Below are positions 9,356 to 18,614 of a stretch of 24,000 nucleotides of DNA, piece by piece. The DNA is from Acaryochloris marina S15 (GTDB taxonomy: Bacteria > Cyanobacteriota > Cyanobacteriia > Thermosynechococcales > Thermosynechococcaceae). Under the pieces are notes generated by a model, which made no database searches, was not told where the DNA came from, and saw only the letters and a program-made list of their open reading frames with translations. The first letter of the stretch is position 1, and every line of letters begins with the position of its first letter. A program made the translations under genes and the position numbers. The DNA lies in contig NZ_CP064923.1 in assembly GCF_018336915.1 (NCBI RefSeq), positions 406,544 to 430,543 on the forward strand, given 5' to 3'.

Positions 9356-9829
9356 CTAAAGCTCCAAGCGCATTTCGTTAGAGGGGATAAATCCGATCTG
9401 CTCGTAGACGGGTTTGCCCCAAGGAGAGGCATGGAGGATGGCGTGGGTACAGTGTTGCGATCGCAAATACTCCACCGCTACCTCAGTCAATTTGCGACCA
9501 ATTCCCTGGCGACGATAGGCCGATTCCACATAGACACCCCAAATGTAGCCATAGTGGCGCTGGTCCCGATGGATCAAGGATGGATATAACCCAGAAAATA
9601 ATTGACAGCCCACCGACCCGACCATTGCTGCATCAAGAGAGGCGATATATCCTTGATAACCTAATTGATCACGGGCCGTTGCTAAGAACTCTAGGGTGAC
9701 GGTTTGCCAGTCCGGTCGAATCTGCTCTGTAGGCACCTGGTTATCCCGCCACATTTGGTAAAAATGCTGGGCAATCAGTTCATCATCTGTGGGAGTTGCG
9801 GAGCGGATAGTAAGAGAGGCTTCTGGCAT
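9356..9829 (-). CDS. GNAT family N-acetyltransferase
   Basis: LTIRSATPTDDELIAQHF...YIWGVYVESAYRRQGIGRKLTEVAVEYLRSQHCTHAILHASPWGKPVYEQIGFIPSNEMRLEL; acetyl-CoA loop RRQGIG. Confidence 0.88.
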   Translation of the reverse strand: MPEASLTIRSATPTDDELIAQHFYQMWRDNQVPTEQIRPDWQTVTLEFLATARDQLGYQGYIASLDAAMVGSVGCQLFSGLYPSLIHRDQRHYGYIWGVYVESAYRRQGIGRKLTEVAVEYLRSQHCTHAILHASPWGKPVYEQIGFIPSNEMRLEL

Positions 9830-9874
9830 GGCGGCACATCCCGGAATTTTAGGTCAATCTTTTTGTCCAGAGGG

Positions 9875-10282
9875 TTAATGTATATTGCTCTGAATCACGC
9901 TACTATGGCCGACGATCACCTGCCACAAGCCTTGAGGGGAACGCTGCCATAGACGGGTAAATTGCAGATTGTCCTGGAAAGAAATTTCGCTATAGAGACC
10001 TGCCCACTGCACCTCCACAGAGACAACCATCTGTTCTCCGATGGGTTGGATGCGGCGTTCTGAATACTCAATGGTCTGAAATTGACAGAGCCCGGCTTGA
10101 TGAAAGGCCAGGTCATCTTGTTTACTCATGATCTGGCCCAGATGGTTGGTAAACACTAAATCATCAGCAATCAGTTGATCTAGGGTTGCGACATCAGAGG
10201 TCAGCATGGCTAAGCGAAGCTGTTCTTCAACCTCAATAATTTGCTTCTCTAAGTCAGACGAGAGGGGCTGAGCCATGGGCAA
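9875..10282 (-). CDS. NTF2-like / DUF4440-type small protein
   Basis: EKQIIEVEEQLRLAMLTSDVATLDQLIADDLVFTNHLGQIMSKQD...LWQVIVGHSS pattern typical of SnoaL/DUF4440 proteins. Confidence 0.65.
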   Translation of the reverse strand: MPMAQPLSSDLEKQIIEVEEQLRLAMLTSDVATLDQLIADDLVFTNHLGQIMSKQDDLAFHQAGLCQFQTIEYSERRIQPIGEQMVVSVEVQWAGLYSEISFQDNLQFTRLWQRSPQGLWQVIVGHSSVIQSNIH

Positions 10283-10378
10283 TAGACTTGTAACCGGTTA
10301 GAACGGATTGCAATTGGGGCATCCTTGACCCAACATCAATTGGGGTGTAGGAGTCACAATAAATTCAAGCTCGACCGC

Positions 10379-10798
10379 CTAGGACTGGCAGCGATCGCAC
10401 AAGCCACTCACGGTAACCTCATAGGTTTGGGCTTCTAAGCCAGGCCGAAGGTTGTTAAGACTAATTTCTTGGAAACAATTCCAAGAGATGTCTTCAATTT
10501 CGCCACATTGGCGACAGCGGAAATGATGGTGAGGATCGACGTTGGCGTCATATCGGGACACGCCCTCTTCTAATAAGACTTCTCGTACTAGTCCTACATC
10601 TCGTAGGGCTTGCAACGAGCTATACACCGTCGCTTGAGAAGAAATGGGAAAATCCTGATTTAGATCCTGTAGTAGATGTTCTACGGTTGGATGATCGGTC
10701 CGAGACAGCAAATTGGCATACACCGCATAACGTTGGGGTGTTACTCGGAGACCTTTCTCCTTTAAAACTTGCACGATGGTGTCGGCAGACTGCTTCAT
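10379..10798 (-). CDS. perR: Fur-family transcriptional regulator, PerR-like
   Basis: LKEKGLRVTPQRYAVYANLLSRTDHPTVEHLLQDL...ATVYSSLQALRDVGLVREV...RYDANVDPHHHFRCRQCGEIEDI. Divergent from a peroxiredoxin gene. Confidence 0.85.
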   Translation of the reverse strand: MKQSADTIVQVLKEKGLRVTPQRYAVYANLLSRTDHPTVEHLLQDLNQDFPISSQATVYSSLQALRDVGLVREVLLEEGVSRYDANVDPHHHFRCRQCGEIEDISWNCFQEISLNNLRPGLEAQTYEVTVSGLCDRCQS

Positions 10799-10931
10799 TA
10801 TTTTTTTTGTAAAACAGCAAATACTATTGCGGCAATTTATTCACCAATTATAGAGGCAAAACTTGCATTGCTTCTATAAAATATAGTATTTCTTAAAAAT
10901 AAGTATATATTACTATTGAATTATTCGTAAA

Positions 10932-10946
10932 TAAGAATTATTCTTA
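10932..10946. promoter_or_regulatory. candidate PerR/Fur operator (7-1-7 inverted repeat)
   Basis: TAAGAAT-T-ATTCTTA is a perfect 7-1-7 palindrome in the perR/peroxiredoxin intergenic region, 53 bp upstream of ATG 11000. Confidence 0.65.
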
Positions 10947-10999
10947 GATGTGTGGAGGCGATTGCCGACACCTGTTCACCCCAACACATGAGGAATAAC

Positions 11000-11572
11000 A
11001 TGGCTGTATTTGCAACTGAGCGAGTACCTGACGTCGTCTTTAAGACCCGAGTTCGGGATGAGTCCGTTTCCGGTCCCAACCCCTATCGTTGGGAAGACAA
11101 AACCACCCAGGATATTTTTGGTGGTAAGCGAGTGGTTGTGTTCTCCCTACCCGGTGCATTTACCCCCACTTGCTCATCGACACACTTACCTCGCTATGAG
11201 GAACTATACGAAGAAATTAAAGCCCAAGGGGTTGATGGTGTCATCTGCCTTTCGGTTAATGATGCATTTGTGATGTTCCAATGGGGCAAGCATCAAGGTG
11301 CTAAGAATGTTTTCTTACTTCCCGACGGCAATGGTGAGTTTACTCGCAAGATGGGCATGTTGGTGGACAAATCTAACCTAGGCTTCGGCATGCGCTCTTG
11401 GCGCTATTCGATGGTTGTCAATGATGGCAAAATCGAAAAAATGTTTATCGAAGCTGATTATGGCGATAACTGCCCTACAGACCCCTTTGAAGTATCTGAT
11501 GCCGATACGATGTTGGCCTATCTCAAGGGTGTCCATGCCAATGCAGCAACTACGGCTGCTGCGGTTGGCTAA
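11000..11572 (+). CDS. peroxiredoxin, Prx5/type II-like
   Basis: [55 protein letters not shown]; ATG 11000 is preceded by a GAGGAAT RBS-like sequence. Track start 10952 is likely too early. Confidence 0.92.
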   Translation: MAVFATERVPDVVFKTRVRDESVSGPNPYRWEDKTTQDIFGGKRVVVFSLPGAFTPTCSSTHLPRYEELYEEIKAQGVDGVICLSVNDAFVMFQWGKHQGAKNVFLLPDGNGEFTRKMGMLVDKSNLGFGMRSWRYSMVVNDGKIEKMFIEADYGDNCPTDPFEVSDADTMLAYLKGVHANAATTAAAVG

Positions 11573-11684
11573 ATATCTTGGGCCAACGTCCAACGATGGA
11601 GTGGGTCGGCTGACCCGCTCTGTTGTGTCTTGGATTGATTAGGCTAAAGTGAAACGCAATTAAATCTGCAAAGGAGGGAAGACG

Positions 11685-13043
11685 ATGAGTTATGACTATG
11701 ATTTGTTTGTGATTGGTGCGGGCTCAGGTGGTATTGCAACGGCCCGGCGAGCAGCTCAATATGGTGCCAAAGTAGGCATTGCAGAATATGACCGTTTGGG
11801 TGGCACCTGCGTCAATCGAGGCTGTGTACCGAAAAAGCTGATGGTCTATGCTTCTCACTTCCCTTCTCAGTTTGATGCTGCCACGGGGTATGGCTGGAGC
11901 CCAGTCGAGAGTAAATTGGACTGGCTCAAAATGATCACGGCAGTGAATGATGAAGTAACTCGACTCAATGGCATCTATCAGAAGATGCTGGATAACTCTA
12001 AAGTCGAGGTTTATCGTGGTCGAGCGGCGTTAGTGGATGCCCATACGGTGACCATTGGTGATCAAAAGGTAACCGCCGATAAAATTTTAGTAGCGGTGGG
12101 GGGTAAGCCCGTCAAGCCGGACAGTATTCCCGGCATCGAACATGCCATCACGTCAGACGATATTTTCAACCTGAAAGAGCAGCCTAAACATCTAGTTGTC
12201 CTCGGTGGTGGCTATATCGGTATTGAGTTTGCCTGCATTCTCAAGGGATTAGGGTCGGACGTGACGTTGATGATTCGGGCTGACAAAATTTTGCGCGGCT
12301 TTGACGACGATATCCGCTCAGAAATTCAAGAGGCGATGCAGAAGCATGGCATCCGAGTGCTGAATAATATGACGGATCTTGCCATTGCCAAATCCGATAC
12401 GGGTCTCCAAATCACCGTTAAGCAGGCGAACAATGCCGAAGAAACCATCCTGGCGGATGCTGTAAGCCTAGCGGCAACAGGCCGTATCCCTAACTTGGAG
12501 GGATTGGGGATTGAAAATACGGCGATAGAAGTAGACGGTGGTGCGATCTCAGTGGATGACTATAGCCAAACAGCGGAACCCAATATTTATGCTGTCGGTG
12601 ACTGTACAGATCGAATCAATTTAACGCCCGTTGCAATTAATGAAGGACGTGCCTTTGCGGATACCCATTTTGGCGGAAATTCTCGCCAGATGAGCTATGA
12701 CAATGTGGCGACGGCCATCTTCACCACCCCAGAAGCAGCCACCGTTGGACTCACGGAAACAGAGGCACAGGAAAAATATGGTGAGGACAAGATCAAGGTG
12801 TATCGAAGTCGCTTCCGCCCCATGTATTACACCCTCCCCAATCATGATGAGAAAACGCTGATGAAACTGATCGTTAATACCGAAACTGATCAGGTTCTGG
12901 GGGCACATATGGTGGGTGACCATGCGGGAGAAATTATTCAAGGGGTCGCGATCGCAGTCAAGATGGGAGCCACAAAAGCCCAGTTTGACGCTACTGTCGG
13001 CATTCACCCGAGTTCTGCCGAAGAATTTGTAACAATGCGCTAA
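11685..13043 (+). CDS. gor: glutathione-disulfide reductase
   Basis: YDLFVIGAGSGGIATARRAAQYGAKVGIAE...GGTCVNRGCVPKKLMVYAS; ...ATGRIPNLEGLG; YAVGDCTDRINLTPVAINEGRAFAD; AGEIIQGVAIAVKMGATKAQFDATVGIHPSSAEEFVTM. Confidence 0.95.
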   Translation: MSYDYDLFVIGAGSGGIATARRAAQYGAKVGIAEYDRLGGTCVNRGCVPKKLMVYASHFPSQFDAATGYGWSPVESKLDWLKMITAVNDEVTRLNGIYQKMLDNSKVEVYRGRAALVDAHTVTIGDQKVTADKILVAVGGKPVKPDSIPGIEHAITSDDIFNLKEQPKHLVVLGGGYIGIEFACILKGLGSDVTLMIRADKILRGFDDDIRSEIQEAMQKHGIRVLNNMTDLAIAKSDTGLQITVKQANNAEETILADAVSLAATGRIPNLEGLGIENTAIEVDGGAISVDDYSQTAEPNIYAVGDCTDRINLTPVAINEGRAFADTHFGGNSRQMSYDNVATAIFTTPEAATVGLTETEAQEKYGEDKIKVYRSRFRPMYYTLPNHDEKTLMKLIVNTETDQVLGAHMVGDHAGEIIQGVAIAVKMGATKAQFDATVGIHPSSAEEFVTMR

Positions 13044-13124
13044 GCAAAATGTCACTTTTTAGAATTGAGGGGGCACTTTAAGCTCAGGAATCTGGTATCG
13101 AGAGATTCCTCCTCAGAGGATTTG

Positions 13125-13153
13125 ACCCCTGACTTCATGTCAGGGGTTTCTTT
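13125..13153. terminator. intrinsic terminator downstream of gor
   Basis: ACCCCTGAC-TTCAT-GTCAGGGGT followed by TTCTTT; 9-bp perfect stem, between convergent gor and Rieske genes. Confidence 0.78.
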
Positions 13154-13171
13154 ATTGGAATCTAGCGATTT

Positions 13172-13645
13172 TTAGCCCGCTTTCACCAAGACGGTATCTC
13201 CCTCTAGTTTCGCTTCATAGGTGGGAAGTGGATCTTTGGCGGGACCATTGGCAACGGTTCCATCTGCCTTAAATTTGGATCCATGACATCCACAGTCTAA
13301 GGTTCCTCCTTCAGCATTCCAGTCCACGGGACATTGACTATGGGTACATTGATTTTTGAAAGCAACGACCTTTGTTTTGTCATCAGGACTGAGAATGACG
13401 AGTAGGGGGGCACCACCAAAGTCTTCCATGACTACAGACCCACTGCTTTCTAGGTCTGCCAGCTTACCGACTTCGGTAAACCCATCCGCCGTGGTGACTG
13501 GGGCAGGGGCTTCGGCAGTATCAGTGGATTCGGGTGAAGAAGATGCTTCTGGTGTGTCACTCGAGGTGCAAGCTGCGAGCACCACGGGTAAGCTGCTGGC
13601 TAATGTGCCAACCCCTACCCAAGAAAGAAATGTACGACGATCCAT
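13172..13645 (-). CDS. Rieske [2Fe-2S] domain lipoprotein (Tat-like signal)
   Basis: MDRRTFLSWVGVGTLASSLPVVLAAC (RR motif plus lipobox LAAC); Rieske motifs CTHSQCPVDW and CGCHGSKF. Confidence 0.88.
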   Translation of the reverse strand: MDRRTFLSWVGVGTLASSLPVVLAACTSSDTPEASSSPESTDTAEAPAPVTTADGFTEVGKLADLESSGSVVMEDFGGAPLLVILSPDDKTKVVAFKNQCTHSQCPVDWNAEGGTLDCGCHGSKFKADGTVANGPAKDPLPTYEAKLEGDTVLVKAG

Positions 13646-13898
13646 TCAGTGTTCTCCTGTATCTGAGATACGGACTTCGCTGGTTATTATGCCTGATCTA
13701 GTTTCAATTCGTTGTACTGCAGCGATATAAAACCTCAATCACATTAGTATCTAGACCCTTCTAACTCAGAAGAGGGCTTCAGGGAGAATTTGACCAGCAA
13801 CTCAAATGACTGGGTTAAAAGATATGCAATAATTTGTTACATTCAAGATCTGGACTGTTCAAGAGGCAGTTCCAAACCATTGTTAGAGAAGAAAAAGC

Positions 13899-15377
13899 AT
13901 GCGTGTTGCAATTGTAGGTGCGGGTCTGGCAGGGATGGCCACCGCAGTTGACTTAGTTGATGCGGGTCACGAAGTAGAACTATATGAAGCTCGTCCCTTT
14001 GTCGGCGGTAAAGTCAGCAGCTGGATCGATGACCAAGGCAATCATATTGAAATGGGCCTGCATGTCTTCTTCGGCAACTACCGTCGCTTGTTTGCACTCA
14101 TGGCAAAGGTGGGGGCTTTAGATCACTTCCTACTGAAAGAGCATGTCCATAACTTTGTCAATAAAGGTGGGCGTTTAGGGGCCTTAGATTTTCGCTTTCT
14201 GATTGGGGCTCCTTTCAATGGTTTGAAAGCCTTTTTCACGACTTCTCAGCTGTCGTTGCGGGACAAGATCCAGAATGCGATCGCACTCGGTACCAGCCCC
14301 ATTGTTCGTGGCCTAGTGGACTACGAAGGGGCGATGCGCAACATTCGTGCCCTAGATAATGTCAGCTTTGCCGATTGGTTCCGCCGTCATGGAGGTAGCA
14401 ATGGCAGTATCAAACGCATGTGGAACCCCATTGCCTATGCCCTTGGGTTTATCGACTGCGAAAATATTTCCGCCCGCTGCATGCTCACCATCTTTCAGAT
14501 GTTTGCTGTCCGCCGAGAAAACTCCATGCTGCGGATGCTAGAAGGCTCGCCTCAAGAATATCTGCATCAACCGATCATCAACTATTTAGAAGAGCGGGGC
14601 GTTAAATTCCACCTCCGTCGGCGCACCTTAGAAGTTTTGTACGACAATAAGGACGACGAAACCCATATTACCGGCCTCCGAGTTGCCAAAGAAGACGGGG
14701 ATGAAATCATTACGGCAGATGCCTATGTCTGTGCCTGTGATGTCCCAGGGATTAAACGGCTGATTCCTGATGATTGGCGGCATTGGTCTGAATTTGACAA
14801 TATCTATAAACTTGATGCAGTCCCCGTTGCCACGGTCCAGCTGCGCTTTGATGGCTGGGTCACCGAAATGAACGACCCCCAGGCTCGTAAACAGGTAGAA
14901 AAAGCAACAGGCTTGGATAACCTCCTCTATACCGCCGATGCCGACTTCTCTTGCTTTGCCGACCTCGCTCTCACTAGCCCCAGCGATTACTATAAGGAAG
15001 GGGAAGGCTCATTGATGCAGCTGGTACTCACCCCAGGCGATCCCTTTATCAAAAAGAGCAACGAAGAAATTGCCAACCATGTCCTCAAACAAGTCCAAGA
15101 GCTGTTCCCTTCGTCCCACGACTTGAATATGACTTGGTACAGTGTGGTCAAACTGGCCCAGTCTCTCTATCGGGAAGCCCCTGGCATGGAGCCTTACCGA
15201 CCCCATCAAAAAACCCCCATTCCTAACTTTTTCCTGGCGGGGAGCTACACCAATCAAGACTATATCGATAGTATGGAAGGGGCTACAATTTCCGGCCACC
15301 AGGCTGCCCAAGCCATCTTAGAAAGCGCGACTACGATTCAGCAACTGAGTGAGAAATATCCATGTCAGATTGGCTAG
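13899..15377 (+). CDS. crtQ: 9,9'-di-cis-zeta-carotene desaturase
   Basis: [61 protein letters not shown]...; C-terminal [31 protein letters not shown]. Confidence 0.94.
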   Translation: MRVAIVGAGLAGMATAVDLVDAGHEVELYEARPFVGGKVSSWIDDQGNHIEMGLHVFFGNYRRLFALMAKVGALDHFLLKEHVHNFVNKGGRLGALDFRFLIGAPFNGLKAFFTTSQLSLRDKIQNAIALGTSPIVRGLVDYEGAMRNIRALDNVSFADWFRRHGGSNGSIKRMWNPIAYALGFIDCENISARCMLTIFQMFAVRRENSMLRMLEGSPQEYLHQPIINYLEERGVKFHLRRRTLEVLYDNKDDETHITGLRVAKEDGDEIITADAYVCACDVPGIKRLIPDDWRHWSEFDNIYKLDAVPVATVQLRFDGWVTEMNDPQARKQVEKATGLDNLLYTADADFSCFADLALTSPSDYYKEGEGSLMQLVLTPGDPFIKKSNEEIANHVLKQVQELFPSSHDLNMTWYSVVKLAQSLYREAPGMEPYRPHQKTPIPNFFLAGSYTNQDYIDSMEGATISGHQAAQAILESATTIQQLSEKYPCQIG

Positions 15378-15805
15378 AACATAGTGAACAAGTTGAGGTC
15401 CCCGTCAGCATTGAGGCAGCATGGGATCTCTGGTCTAATTTAGAACTGATGCCCCAGTGGATGAATTGGATTGATTCCGTTGAGATCCTCAAAGACAAAC
15501 CCGAGTTATCCCAGTGGACCCTTTCGGGGGGTGGCCTAACCTTTACCTGGTTGTCTCGCATCCTTAAAGAAATTCCCAATCAAATTATTCAATGGGAATC
15601 TGTGGATGGCCTACCCAATCGAGGGGCGATTCGCTTTTATGATCGCAAACAAGATACTAGCGTTGTGAAGCTAACGGTTGCCTATAAGATTCCTGGTGTC
15701 GTAGGACAATTCATGGACAACCTGTTTCTAGGAAATGTGGTGGAATCTAATCTAAGAAGTGATTTACAGCGTTTTCGAGAGTATGCCATTCAACATCACT
15801 CATAG
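15362..15805 (+). CDS. SRPBCC/START-like (polyketide cyclase/dehydrase-type) protein
   Basis: [33 protein letters not shown]...[32 protein letters not shown]; overlaps the crtQ 3' end by 16 bp. Confidence 0.85.
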   Translation: MSDWLEHSEQVEVPVSIEAAWDLWSNLELMPQWMNWIDSVEILKDKPELSQWTLSGGGLTFTWLSRILKEIPNQIIQWESVDGLPNRGAIRFYDRKQDTSVVKLTVAYKIPGVVGQFMDNLFLGNVVESNLRSDLQRFREYAIQHHS

Positions 15806-16396
15806 ATGGGCACGGTTGTTGAGAAACTGGGGCTAGTCGCTGCGGCAATCCTCATGCTTCCGGCTACCGCCGAGGCAGCAAATCTAGAGCACTTACAACA
15901 GTTAAAGCAGACTCACTCCTGTGAAAATTGCGATCTGAGTCATGCTGATTTACGGGTCTTAGATCTTGAAAAGACTGACCTCAGTTATGCAAATTTGAGT
16001 AGTGCGAATTTGAGTGGCATGAACTTGAATCATGCCAACCTTAGTGGGGCAAATTTAACGGCGGCAAATTTTACGGCGGCGAATCTAGCCAGGGCAAATC
16101 TTAAAGGAGCATTCAATCAAAGTCAATGTGATGATGTATTTGCAGATTTAGCTCAGTTGGGTGCATTTGCAGTTTGGAACCAATCCCGTCAATCTGATCA
16201 TGCTTTTGCCTGTTCTATGACGGAACTGATCGATTTGGCACGCATCGCGGGCGTTTTACACACAGTGTCATCGGAATATAAGGATATTCCGATTAGCTTT
16301 CAATTCATGGCTGTTCAGTTCAGAACAATGGGTGTAGCGTTAGAACGCGAGCGAACAAGCTTTTATAAAGCGAATCTCCAAAATGCCAATTTAGAG

Positions 16397-16405
16397 GATG
16401 CTCGC
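16397..16405 (+). repeat. target-site duplication, left copy (GATGCTCGC)
   Basis: Identical 9-mer at 17892-17900, directly abutting both IS ends. Confidence 0.92.
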
Positions 16406-17891
16406 GGGCGTATTTAGCGGATCGGGGATGCCTTAGTTTTCGGAATGGTCACCTCTGGGAATAAGGAGTCAAACCGTTCATTGACCCAGGCAATTCTCAA
16501 GATCAGTAAATGGTTGAAACCATCCTCACTCCAGCGCATGCCAACTCCCTTAAAGCGCTGCTGAATCAACCACTTGCATGCACTTTCAACCATTCCTGAC
16601 CCGAGAGGAATCTGTTGCTGTTCAAAGTGCCGATAACGGATGTGGTTATGATGGCGTTGGAAATAAGCCTGCACCTGGAGCAACGTTGAAAAAGACTTTC
16701 CCGTTAACAGTTGTGAGTGAATCAATATCGTCAAGGACCGTAATACAAGTAGGTGTTGCCCGTGTCGCAATTGGTGTCGCCAGTGCCGGAACCAGGCTTG
16801 GGCTTGAGCAGAGCGGGCATCTCCAAACATCGCTTTAGTTGCTCGTGCCAGATGGCCTGCTGAATGAAAAAAGTCGAGGACTGCCACAGCACAATGAGAG
16901 AACAAGGTGCGATAGACTCGCCAGAAGCCTCGTCCCCCATCACTGAGCCAGATGACTTTTGGAGCAGATTCAAAGTCTTGTTTGTGAGCTTCGAGTTGAA
17001 GTAAAGGGATGAACTGGTCGATATCGCCCAATACTGCCACCAGTCTTCGACGCAGTAATTGGGGGACCTCCTTTTTAGCTCGGGTAACCCGTGTTCCCAG
17101 GCGAGCTAAGATGGCGACTTTGACTTCTCGCCACTGGATTTTTCCCTTGGGTGAGTTCGGGGTGGGGCGAAAGGGGACCATCACACCATCGGCGGCAATG
17201 GCCAAAGGTAGAGCAGATAACATCTCTGAAATCGCTTCACAAGGGGCCTGAGTCCCTGATGATTGAGCGTTGAGTTGAGCTTCTAATTCCTGCTGAGCTT
17301 TGTTACCCACGGATTGCACCCAGTTCCACAAACTGGATGGACTCACGGATAGACCACTCCACTGACCCAGCATCCAACTGGCCAGTTCATAGGGCATGAA
17401 CAGACTCAACAAGCAGCCCAGACGCACCAGTTCTTCGCTGCTGTGCTGATAGGGGGCAATCCCAATGGCTTGATCCAGGGGAGTCAACAGACTGCCTGGA
17501 CATCCTTTGGGACAACGGCCCACCCGTCGCTTTCAAGAGATAGTGCCTACCAGTGTCTGCATCTGACGAGATTCCCATCCCTTCGAATGTAAGCGGGTTC
17601 CGCAGGTAGTACATACAGGCCATACAAATACTGCTTTCGCGCGCCTTGAGAGTTCATCCTCCAGAAGACAGCGAGCTAGAAACAAGCCCATTTGCAGAAC
17701 GATATAAACCATCTGACTCAGGCTGGTTGATACTTTGAGTGCTTCAGTTTGTTCTAGAAATTCGTCATGGGCTAGCACGGTTAGCAATTGCGATGGTAGG
17801 GTCATGATAGTTTTTTGGTTCGGGTACAGGATCTATTGTCCTTGACCCGTTTTTCTTTGAGCCATGCATCCCCGATCCTTTGCTTACGCCC
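16406..17891 (-). mobile_element. complete insertion sequence, probably ISKra4-like family
   Basis: Left end GGGCGTATTTAGCGGATCGGGGATGC; reverse complement of right end GGGCGTAAGCAAAGGATCGGGGATGC (20/26 aligned as 7 + 6 mismatched + 13). Flanked by 9-bp direct repeats GATGCTCGC. Contains a transposase ORF. Family assignment rests on protein style and GGG ends, not a database search. Confidence 0.92.
16414..17805 (-). pseudogene. IS transposase interrupted by an in-frame TGA at 17533-17535
   Basis: ORFs 17533..17805 and 16414..17523 are in the same frame (start coordinates both 0 mod 3): ...QTLVGTIS-TGA-KRRVGRCPKGCPGSLLTPLDQ.... Together they read as a ~463-residue transposase with one stop. 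Confidence 0.82.
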
Positions 17892-17900
17892 GATGCTCGC
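17892..17900 (+). repeat. target-site duplication, right copy (GATGCTCGC)
   Basis: Identical 9-mer at 16397-16405. Confidence 0.92.
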
Positions 17901-18614
17901 TTACAAGGAGCAGATTTTCGGTTAGCCCAATTAGATCGAGCTAATCTGAGCAATGCCAACTTGAGCAATTCCCTCTTTTTTGCAACTTCACTGGGGAATA
18001 TAAAGGTTGATCGTTTAAATAGTAATTATGTTGATATTGCTGTTGTTAGACAATATTTGCAAAACAGCCTCAATAAGATGATTCAGGTATGGCTAGCCCA
18101 AGCCAAGCGTGCGATTGAGCTGAATGCTCGCACTACGATTGGCATCATCATTCGGAGTCAGCAGGCTTTTCATCTTAATCATGAGCGGTTTGCGCTTGAA
18201 TTAGATGAACTGCAGGTTGATGTTAGCCAACTTTCAGAAAAATATATATTTGAGCTATTTGCCCTTCAAGCTCCCGTATCAGATGCATTCCCTTCAGAGA
18301 AAAACCGAGCCGTATGGATTGTGGCACGTCCTCGTAAACCACAGTGGCAAAGCTATATCGGTTTAGTCTGGCTGGGCTTACAAGGTCCGACATTCAGCTT
18401 TAGTCAGGACCGGACAGCACAACCCTTCTCTCTATCTATAGTGTGTGGCTCTAACCAATTCGCTCAAGTCCCTTTGCCCCCTAGATTGAAAAACCAAGGC
18501 CTCAATCGTAGCGATGCCATGTGCCCACAAGGATACTCCCTAGTGAAATAATAATTTTGCATCCCCTGTACATCTCATAACGGATGTCACTTGACGATTC
18601 AAGGTGAATTTGAA

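Larger units (their letters stand above)
15806..18551 (+). pseudogene. secreted pentapeptide-repeat protein with C-terminal type IV pilin-like G/H-type region, disrupted by an IS
   Basis: 5' part 15806-16405 (signal peptide plus A(N/D)LxxANL repeats) and 3' part 17901-18551 (LQGADFRLAQLDRANLSNANLSN...) join in frame after removing the IS and one 9-bp repeat, giving about 416 aa (...KANLQNANLEDAR|LQGADFRLAQLD...). Confidence 0.9.

Noticed and set aside
9230-9589. Overlapping ORFs on both strands between the SDR and GNAT genes
   Set aside because: They overlap the 3' ends of two well-supported genes and show no recognisable protein features.
12621-13055. 144 aa minus-strand ORF opposite gor
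   Set aside because: Antisense shadow ORF of a highly conserved gene.
17524-17535. Programmed ribosomal frameshift between two transposase ORFs
   Set aside because: The two ORFs are in the same frame and separated only by TGA and three sense codons, so no frame change is needed.
17387-17623. 78 aa minus-strand ORF inside the IS
   Set aside because: Overlaps both parts of the transposase in another frame; composition looks like out-of-frame translation.
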